Assembly (NCBI RefSeq): GCF_009914755.1
Contig: NC_060929.1
Origin: the human T2T-CHM13v2.0 reference genome, Homo sapiens
Strand: one strand, 5' to 3'
Length of the DNA stretch: 64,000 nt
Part shown: in pieces, positions 12,698-24,130 of the stretch
Numbering within the stretch: the first letter of the stretch is position 1
Layout: every line of letters starts with the position of its first letter
The notes under the pieces: model-generated
Told to the model about the DNA's origin: nothing
The model's input: only the letters and a program-made list of their open reading frames with translations
The model's database searches: none
Position numbers and translations under genes: made by a program

Positions 12698-14802
12698 CTA
12701 TAGCAATGAAGCAATTTCTATGAAGTAGACAGTATCATTAACCTCCCCTCGATTTTGTAGATAATAAGCTGGGACTCACAGAAATCATCACATGCCCCCG
12801 GTCACACAGTCGATTGTGGGGCCATGAGGCAGGGAGGAAAGTGGGATGTAGTGCTGCTTTATCCATTACCTGTGGACCTGCAAAACTGTGGATTGAGGCA
12901 ATTGGTTAAAGATCCTAAAGCAAATGGCTACTTGTGCAGAATTAGTCAGCTCGTGTCTGCTAGGTTGGCGCACAGTGATTCCACAGCCCCACACATGTCT
13001 ATACCATCCCCAGGAGAGCTAGAGAAAAGAAGAGCCTTTTGACTCTGAATGTCCTCCTGGGACAACCGCCATTTGGTAAATCATCTCTAATTTGTCCATT
13101 TATTCACTGTCTCTTCATTGGCCCCTACATCATGCCAGCAGTTTCTCATCACAGGGGAGTGAGAAAAACAAGAGAGGGATGGAAAAAACAGGTTGGACTC
13201 ACTGGTCCAGTTCTCAGGATAGGTGGGATCCCACAGCACCCTCTTCCTTCTCTAGTCTGAAGAGATCCATCCCACCAAGCCCATACCCCCTCCAGGAGTC
13301 AGGTGCCAGGATCCCTCCCCCACAAGGTCACCAGGTACCCTTTTCAGGGGTCTTTGGTCTGGGCAAGAAATCCAAATAAGCTCCCTTAAAAAGCAGAACC
13401 CAGAATGGCTGTGCCTCTCTGAGCTGGAGCCCTGGCCCTCTGAAGACAGCATGCTCAATTACAGTTGAATGTGGAAGGAACAAGAGAGCTGGACCTCGGG
13501 ATTGAGGGCAGAAGTGGTCCCTTCTGCTTTCTCGGAAAATGGCTCCTGTCCTCCAGCTTCCCACCCCTGGACTCTGGGGAGATCACATAAGTCTCCCATT
13601 TAAAAGCCCAGCTGCTCTGCCTGGTCCTGAAATGGAAGCTTTCAAAATCCAGGACACCTGCAAGAGGAGCCAAACAGGGAGCAGGGCACAACCCCACCAA
13701 GAAGTCTCTTACAGCTGAGGGATGACCTCCGCACTAAAAAATTGTGTTGCTGTAATGCTGTTTCAAGTCTGAAACAAAGGGAGCATAAAGAACCATACAT
13801 CAACAGCTTCGGAAGGCAGCTAGTTAGAGTTCCCTTTGAGCAGGAAGAGGAGAGTACTTTCTCCATTTCATCTTCTGCCAAATACATGCATTTTTCATCA
13901 TCCACTGGTTTCCTGCCTGAGGCTCTTGAATTAAGATGGGGTGTGTCTCCAGCCATCCTCACAAGGTTCAGATTTAGGGATTTAAATAGACTCAGAATAT
14001 CCCCCCACATCCCTCTAGGCCAGCTAGCTTCTGTATCCCAATATGGCCCCAGGAGCTTTGAGCATTTCCTTGCCTTTTTCATGAAAGAAAATTAGAAGGA
14101 AAGGAGGATCAGAATGGATCATCAGTCCGCTCTACTGTGTGAGGAATGGGCTAAAGGGTGCTCACAGAAAGCAGGGAGCCCAGATGAATGGCTGTTAAGT
14201 AGTCCAGGTGAAAAGGGATGGAGTCGGAATTTATTTGGACCAAGTTGCAGTGGCAATGATGAGAAGCGATTGAATTAAGGATATATTTTACAAGTAGAAC
14301 CAATAGGACCCATCCTCCCCTCCCAAAGACCTCCTGTCTAGAAGCCAGTAGTCACCAGGTTAGAGGAATATATGTCCCTGAAAAGGTAATGTGGTGATCT
14401 TATTGGGGAGGGGATCCTGGCACCTGACCCCTGGAGTAGGTGTGGGCTGGTGGGATGGATCTCTTCATGGTAGAGAAGGAAGAGGATGCTGTGGGGTGTG
14501 TCCAAGCTGTCTTCTCCATCCCTCTCTTGTTTTTCTCACTCCCCTGTGATGAGATCTTGCTGGCACGGAGTAGAGGCCAATGAAGAGATAGTGAATAAAT
14601 GAATCAAGTAGGGACAGAGAGGCTTTGCCATAAAGAGGACGGACAAATAGATGTTGTCAGGAAGGGACATGGGTTAGGGAAGGTTTTGTGTGTGTTTTGC
14701 TTTGTTTTGTTTTTGCTGTGAGGGGGACCATATTAAGGCGAGTTTGAAGGCTAATGGGAATATTTCGGTAGAGCTGGGGAGCTGGTGGTGTGAGAGGTTA
14801 GC

Positions 14803-15025
14803 CAGGGGTGTCCAATCTTTTGGCTTCCCTGGGCCACATTGGAAGAAGGAGAATTATCTTGGGCCACACATAAAATACACTAGCACTAATGATACCCGAT
14901 GAGCTCAAAAATCGCAAAAAAAAAATCTCATAATGTTTTAAGAAAGCTTATGAATCTGTGTTGGGCTGCATTCAAAACTATCCTGGGCCACATATGGCCT
15001 GTGGGCCACAGGTTGAACAAACTTG
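14803..15025 (+). mobile_element. MER30 (hAT-Charlie) non-autonomous DNA transposon
   Basis: caggggtgtccaatcttttggcttccctgggccacattggaagaag...ggttgaacaaacttg matches the MER30 consensus. ggttag on both flanks (TSD remnant). Confidence 0.88.
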
Positions 15026-16133
15026 GGTTAGGGGCTGGGATCTGGAGTTGCAGGAGGCATCTCCTGTGGTGATTGCCTGGACACCTCCACTAGAAATGGT
15101 GAGAAGGCAAGCAGAGAGCCTAGAACCATTGTGGTAAAAGTATTGGCTTTGGTGGTGGGAAGGTGAGGAGATTTTCAGGTTTATGTAAATTCATTTCATG
15201 AAATATAAGGCAGATGAATCAGTTTGGGAGAAGGTTTGAGGAGAGGAAATATGAAATAGTCACACTAGTGTTCTTTAAAAACGCAGGTTCCTGTGCACCA
15301 CCCGGTGATTCTGATTCAGCTGTCTGGGGTGGGTCGGGGGAGGAAGCTGAAGTTTTTAAAAGACCCTCAGTTGATGCTGGTATGGGGATTGTCCCTTTCC
15401 TACCCACAGCAGGAAGGATTTGGTGTCGGTTTTGTTTTACATTAAGTAATTTGTATTCTTTATGGCAAACTGGAAAATGAAGATTGATCAAATGTTGAGT
15501 TGAATCCCTCTAGTCCCTCACTCCGCCACCACCAACACCACTGCTAATATCTTGGCTTCTATCATAGGTCTAGCTCAATAGTTTTCCCCTTAGCTCAGTT
15601 TCTCTCCCCTGAAAGGTTCAAGTTTGGGCTCCTCTTTCTGTGCCTGGGTTGTTTCTCTCCCAGAGGGAGGTGCTCGCTCCTGATGTTCGCTGTTCCCAAA
15701 CCCCTATAAGGATCCTTCAGTCTAACCTCTTGGGTGGGGAACAGAGGGGGTCCGTGAATCTCCAAGGTCCTTCTCCTGCTTGCCAAACTGAGGGAGGAAC
15801 TCCCACTAGCCCTAGGTGTAGCAGGGGGCCCGCCAGCAGTCCCTGGGGCTCTCTGCTTGGGGGCGGGCATAGGAGGGGAGGTGCACACTGGAGAGGAGGC
15901 GCGCGGGACCGGAGGCGCACACCGGAGGGGAGGTGCCCCCACCAAAATTTAAGTGCGGCGCAACATGCGCCACAGGTAGGGGCACTACCAGGGCAAAAAG
16001 ACTTGGTGAATGCGAGGGCCGGGCCTGATCAAAGGTGCGTATGGTGGTACCAGAGCAAGGCGGAACAGCTGCTCAGTGGTCCGCAACCGGGTCAAGGGAC
16101 AAGAAGACGATTCTGGATTGTAGGCCGCCCGAG

Positions 16134-16148
16134 AGCGCCCCCAGGAGC
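16134..16148 (-). promoter_or_regulatory. CTCF motif, TGFBI-side boundary, CpG-containing
   Basis: Minus strand GCTCCTGGGGGCGCT vs consensus CCACCAGGGGGCGCT. Consistent with the reported CTCF site on this side of nc886. Confidence 0.68.
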
Positions 16149-16965
16149 CCATCACTGCGAACACCCACTGCCTCTGGGCTTGCATTCTCTGCCTCCCCAG
16201 AGACGCAGGCATTTTCTCCCCTGAAAAAGACCCCTCCCCATACCAGCCTAGACTTTCCCAAGGGAACTGAGGCCACTTCAATCTAAAGCCCTAAGTATAG
16301 GCAAGTTGTGTTCCACAATTCTACTTATAGGGATTTAATATGAAAAACACATGTGCATGTCCCTGTGCATTAAGCTACTTAAATCAGCTAATACTCAAAT
16401 CTGGTCAACAATGTACTAGACGCTGTAAGTACAGCAAGGGGAGAGGCCCCTGCCCTTGTATGGCTTCTAGGGGGGAGCCCCCACGCTAAAGGTAAAGACA
16501 AATTGCATAAAATGTCTGGACACGATGCGAACAGGTGAGAATAGCGTAGGTACAGACCGCCAGGGAGGAAGAAACTTGGAACTTTCAAAGACGTAAAGAA
16601 AAATTCGGAGCGAGTCTCACTCGCTGTGGTCCAACAGGCAAGTCCTGGCGGGTGGCAATATATGTGAAAAAAACAGTCATACAGATAAAACAGTAGACGG
16701 CAGCTATTGCTGTTAAACTTCCGTCCTACTTGGGACGAAATCCATAACGCACTCCGCGGTCCGAAGTTGTGGGGTCTCGGAGCTTCCAGGTGTGTCTCGT
16801 GAACTGCACAAGCATTTTTTTGTCCCCATGCGTCCTACCTGGCAGTACAGGCTGGTCACGCACGCCCTGTAAGACCAGTGGCCAGCCTCCATACTTTCTG
16901 TCACACCTTCAAAGTGACACCAACTTATGTTATCAGCCTATTAATTTAGCAAAGTTAAAAGGGAT

Positions 16966-16971
16966 AAAAAA
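16966..16971 (-). terminator. Back-up Pol III terminator (T6)
   Basis: Plus-strand aaaaaa, i.e. minus-strand TTTTTT, ~45 nt past the nc886 T4. Confidence 0.6.
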
Positions 16972-17038
16972 TAACAAAGCCTTCAGAGTGACAGATTATA
17001 CCGAATTTATTGCATAAAAGGGTCAGTAAGCACCCGCG

Positions 17039-17049
17039 GGTCTCGAACC
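17039..17049 (-). promoter_or_regulatory. Pol III B box of nc886
   Basis: GGTTCGAGACC matches GGTTCGANNCC. Confidence 0.93.
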
Positions 17050-17094
17050 CCAGCACAGAGATGGACAGATAGAAAGTCCGGCATGAGGAGGTAA

Positions 17095-17106
17095 CCGCTT
17101 GAGCTA
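17095..17106 (-). promoter_or_regulatory. Pol III A box of nc886
   Basis: TAGCTCAAGCGG matches TRGCNNARYNNG at +11. Confidence 0.92.
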
Positions 17107-17139
17107 ACTCCGACCCGGGTAGGAGTGTGCGACTGAAAC

Positions 17140-17215
17140 TTCTAAACCATAGAAGAGTGACGATGTGGAGAGGGACGGGCTGCATGTGCTCCCCGCCCCC
17201 GAGAGGCCTGCGTCA
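17140..17215 (-). promoter_or_regulatory. Upstream elements of nc886: degenerate TATA-like TTTAGAA (-24 to -30) and CRE/AP-1-like TGACGCA (about -95)
   Basis: Plus strand ttctaaa at 17140-17146 and tgcgtca at 17209-17215. Vault RNA genes are known to combine internal boxes with upstream TATA/CRE-like elements. Confidence 0.55.
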
Positions 17216-18329
17216 TGCGGTCTCGCCCGCTCTGCGCCAGGCGTCCTGCTAACGTGTCCTGGAGGGACTCTCAGTTCCTCCCGCCCGCATCCTGCGCGGG
17301 AACCGTGGAAGGGGGCAAAATCCACCCACTGGAGGGGAGGCAGGAGGGTGCGGGGGGGCGTGTGGGCCGTCTACCTAGGTCCAGCAGCCAGGCTGCTGAG
17401 GAGTACCCCCGCCAAAGGCTTTTCGGGGTTCTCTCCAGCAGACGGGGGCAGCCTAAGGCCTCCATAAAATCTCCCCGAAGCAGCCTATGAACTTGCCAAA
17501 GGCAGGGGTTCTGTGGTTTCATTTCTTGCCAGGTCCTGGGCTGGACCCTGGAGACGGAGTTCATCATCAGCAAATCCTCTTTGGGTGGGGAGTTGAATGA
17601 ATTAATGAGTGATTAGCAGGGCACTAGGGCCCAGGAGTAAGCCCAGAATTGAGATCACAGGCTGAAGATTTAAAAGCTTCATAGCTCAAGAGAAACGCTC
17701 TGTTAAGGCTGAAGGAGAATAAATCATTCCTCTTTTTCCCCAACCCATCCCCTTGTCTACACTACTTTTCTTTTGAAAGATTCAGGAGCTGGATGGAGAA
17801 AATTGCTAACAAAGAAAATGGGACCTTCAGAATATTAATAATGTCCCTGTTTGTTGAGCACACACACACCATGTGCCACGCTCTGGGTTAAACATTTACC
17901 TCATTTCATGGCCGGAACAACTCTGAGATCCATAATGTTGCCCCCATTTTGCAAATGAATAAACTGAGAATCAGTGGTGGTAAGTAACTGAAATGTTAGG
18001 AATTAACAAAAAGTGACATATTCAGGAACAGACCCAAAGTTTGAACTCTCAAGAAAGAGTTGCCTGTAGTGTATGTCTGTCTGCCTGTCTTGCTTAAAAG
18101 TATCTCAAACAACTGGTAAGCTGCACTAGACAGGGATCTTCCATTCTGTTCTTTGCTGTCTCCCTATATCCTCCTCAGTTCCTAGCCTGGTCCACAGTAG
18201 ACACTCAATAAACATTTAAGTGAGTGAGTGACTGGGGATAGTAGGACCCCATTATACTAGAAACTGCGCTGTCCCAACCTGGGTTTGAATCCAGCTTCCC
18301 CTCTTCCTAGCTGTGTAGCTTTAAACTTT

Positions 18330-18905
18330 TTAATTGTTTTTCATATTCATTTTGTATTAAACAAAAACCACGAGTACAGTAAAAATTAAAACAATAAAGG
18401 TAGTGAAAGCCCACCACCCTTGACCTAACTGCAGCTTCCAATCCAGATCTCTCCCCAGAGGTAACCACTGTTTTTTAAAATTTTGCTGTGTCTCCTTCTA
18501 GTCCTCTTTCTATTATATAAAGATAATTAAAAATATATAGCTTTATTTGGGTTATGGCTGTGTTTTGATATGAAGGACTGCACTGTACACATTGTTCTGC
18601 ACCTGCTTTGTGGGAAATTCCACAGCATGCCTGGGAGGTCCCTCATTATTTATAATGGCTCCCCAAGAGTGCATGAAGCATGATTTGTTTTGCCATCCCC
18701 TGTTAGGGCTAGACATTGAAGGTTTTTGTGTTTGTTTGTTTTTTTCCATGAGTTTACCAATAGCGCTCCAATGAACACCTTTGCACACGCCTTTTTGTGA
18801 ACATGGGCAATTTCATGAATGTGAGGATAAACTCTCAGAAGTGGAATTGCTGGGCTGAATAGCATATATGTTCATTGTAATTGCCAAGTTGTCATCCAAA
18901 AATGG
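18330..18905 (-). mobile_element. Ancient L1 (L1ME-like) 3' fragment
   Basis: Minus-strand peptide FSPAIPLLRVYP resembles the L1 ORF2 C-terminal PAIPLLGIYP; agaagtggaattgctggg motif. Confidence 0.7.
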
Positions 18906-19145
18906 GGCTATTGATAACATACCCCTGATGGAGGGAGGTATGGGAAGTTATGCTGAAATAACACATTTTATTCAGGCTAGGTACCTAGTAGTCTCGGTAA
19001 ACAATTACAAAAATAACTGCCAATGACCATTTCCCCGCTAGCCATTTCCAGCTGCTGATCTGATCCAGCCCTGGCTTCGTTGCCTGGAGCCTGGATTTAG
19101 TAATGAAAACTGGCCAGCAGAAAGGACCCAGCGGGTGCGTTCCAG

Positions 19146-19163
19146 GTGCTCCCCCTGGTGGGG
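19146..19163 (-). promoter_or_regulatory. CTCF motif, SMAD5-side boundary
   Basis: Minus strand CCCCACCAGGGGGAGCAC is a strong match to the CTCF core, ~2 kb upstream of the nc886 TSS. Confidence 0.75.
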
Positions 19164-21514
19164 AAATGTCCCTGGACAGTAAGGAAATCCCCCGTCTTTG
19201 TACACTCTAAATCAAATCACATCCCCTCCCAGCTCAGCACCTTGAAAGACCTCCTCTCTTATAATCCAATCCAGACAGGGTTTACTGGATGATCAGGTGC
19301 CCACCTAACTTTCTGGCAGTACCTGGTGCCCCTCTCCTCTTTCTTTGCTCTGCTGCAACCACCTTGCCTTCTCTGGTTTCTCAGGCATGCCCTTTCCATC
19401 CTGTTCACTCTTTCTCAGAGATTCCCCACCCTCCAATCTCATTCTTTAACACTCAATTCTTATGCCACCACCTCAGAGAACTCTTTGTTGAACACTCTGT
19501 CTAAAGGGCCAGGCCACCTCTCTCCTCTCCACACACTCTCCTTACTGTTTGTTGCATCACCCTACGTCTTTCCACCATTAACAAGACATTAACCCAGACA
19601 TTGCCAAATGTGGTAGAGACAAGTGTCACGAAGACAGAGACCATATCTGTCTTACGTATGCTATTTGTCTCCCAGTGCCTGCCACAGCACCTGGCAGTAG
19701 AAAGTGCTCAACATTTGTTACGTGAATGGATGAATTAATTAATAAATGATACCAACAAGCTGGAGTAGAATTGAAATTGAAGGCTAGCAGCAGGTGAGGC
19801 AGGACATACCTCCTGGGGTTTTTGTTTCCTGCCCTTCATATGCCCTTTCGTGATCAATATAATAATTTTTTCCTGGGGTAGCCTTTAGTCAGAGGCATTA
19901 TCCTGAGTGCCCTGGAATAGTGAAAAGAAGATAGAGGAGCTTTCCACAACTTTACTTCCATAATCTTCACCAAACTCTGCAAGGTAGACCCTTTTATTTG
20001 CTGGATGAGTAAACTGAGGCTCAAAGGTAAAGTAGCATGTCCAGCTAGTGTTGGGCTCAAAGAATGGGAGTACCTGGTGAGGGGAAGGTTAGAAAACAGT
20101 CTCTTCCTCTAGTCCAAAAGGACATATAGTCTGAAAGGAAGTTCAACCTCATGCTTGTGCAATGGTGGTAATTCTCAGTGGAGAAATGTATACTGGCTAA
20201 AATTCAGTGGCAGGCTCATCTATTCAGCATACCTTTAAAGATCATCTACTTTGTGCCAAGCCCTTCAGGGTTGATTAAGGGGGTAATTTCAGCCTTCAAA
20301 AGCCTTACAACCAGGACATGTAACAGATCATTGTTCTGTAGGATGTCAAGTGATATATTTGGAGTATGTACAGGCAAGGCTATCACATATGGCCAAATTG
20401 TGCATAACTCAAATCTGGGTGTTGCCCTTCAGAATGACTGTGATGTCAATGGTACTCTCCAGAGTTATGCAGTGTACAACCTGAGCAAGCATACGTGGCT
20501 ACCAGTGGGAATGGGATAAGTCATCTGGATTTAGGTGCACAATCTGACAAGTGAGAAGAGAATAGAAAAGAGATCTCAGAGGAGCATCAGTATGTAGCGT
20601 TCTGTGAGAGAAGAAAAAGCTTAGAACCAAGGCATTAGAGAAGTCAACAGAACAGGGACCAAGATGGAGGTGAGGCCAGCAGTGCCAGAGGCTGCACACA
20701 GTCAATCTCCCAAATGACTGTGGCAACAAGGAGTATGTTGTTCACCTTGGCAGGAGTGGTGAGACTGAGAGTCAGCTTTTTGATGGCTGAGTAATGAATG
20801 GGACATGGGACACAGTGTGCATGTTCAAATCTTTCTGGAAGTTGGGCTGTGAAAGGAGAGAGGGAGCAAGGGTTGTAAGGATATTCAGGACTAGGGAGAG
20901 CTTTGTCTTGTTGTAGGTTTTTCAGATGGGAGCCTGGAGCATGTCTAAACATTGTTGAGAAGAAACAGTGGCAAAAAAAAAAAAGTTGAAAATACATTAG
21001 AGAATGTTTTCACTAGCATAATTCATATAGGAAGGTTGCAGAAGAAGTGGGATTCATAGTAGGCAAGGATTCCAAATGATAGCTAGTCAGGATTCCAGAA
21101 GGCTTCATGGAGGTGGCATGCCTTAGTCCTGGGCAAAAGGGGCCCCTGCCCTAAGCCTAATGCTTTAAAGAGCCCTCCCTGGAAACCTCTCCACAGTGTG
21201 ATAAGGAACTGTGAAGGAACCAAGGGAAAGGTTTGAACTCTATCTCCTGCCATATACAAAACGCAACCATTTAAAAAAATTAAATTTAGGTAATGATAAA
21301 GCATAGATTTAAGTGTATAACCTAACCCAGAACTCTTTTAGATCATGCTCTACATTACCAGAACACTCAAATCACCTGCCAGAATGGCACTGTGCCCACC
21401 TGCTTTCAGCATCTATGTAGGCCTTTTTCTCAGGGCATCCTTCCAAAGACAGAGCATGCCAACAGGGAAGCCAGCTCATTTTATGAGCCAGACAAACTCT
21501 TTATAAGAAAACAG

Positions 21515-24130
<2,616 letters not shown>

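Larger units (their letters stand above)
17016..17116 (-). ncRNA. VTRNA2-1: Vault RNA 2-1 / nc886 (formerly pre-miR-886), 101-nt Pol III transcript
   Basis: Minus strand reads GGGTCGGAGTTAGCTCAAGCGGTTACCTCCTCATGCCGGACTTTCTATCTGTCCATCTCTGTGCTGGGGTTCGAGACCCGCGGGTGCTTACTGACCCTTTT, the nc886 sequence as I recall it. Internal A and B boxes, complementary ends (GGGTC...GACCC) and a T4 terminator are visible. Confidence 0.98.
15820..17480. promoter_or_regulatory. CpG-rich domain corresponding to the nc886/VTRNA2-1 differentially methylated region
   Basis: CpG density visibly much higher than in the flanks; contains the nc886 gene. DMR status comes from the literature, not the sequence; boundaries approximate. 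Confidence 0.8.

Noticed and set aside
13642-14095. Overlapping 146-aa (-) and 117-aa (+) ORFs
   Set aside because: No recognisable homology or splice context; length within chance for 64 kb.
15640-16224. Longest ORF (194 aa, +) next to nc886
   Set aside because: It begins at GTG (not ATG) in GC-rich sequence where stop codons are rare. The G/R/P-rich peptide has no recognisable domain, and ORFs overlap it on both strands.
16609-16625. Hairpin agcgagt-ctc-actcgct downstream of nc886
   Set aside because: A 7-bp stem is expected by chance, and there are no promoter boxes to suggest a second small RNA.
17016-17116. Annotation as microRNA hairpin mir-886 or as a tRNA
   Set aside because: The A/B boxes are tRNA-like but there is no cloverleaf. 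The mir-886 annotation was withdrawn in favour of the full-length Pol III RNA nc886/VTRNA2-1.
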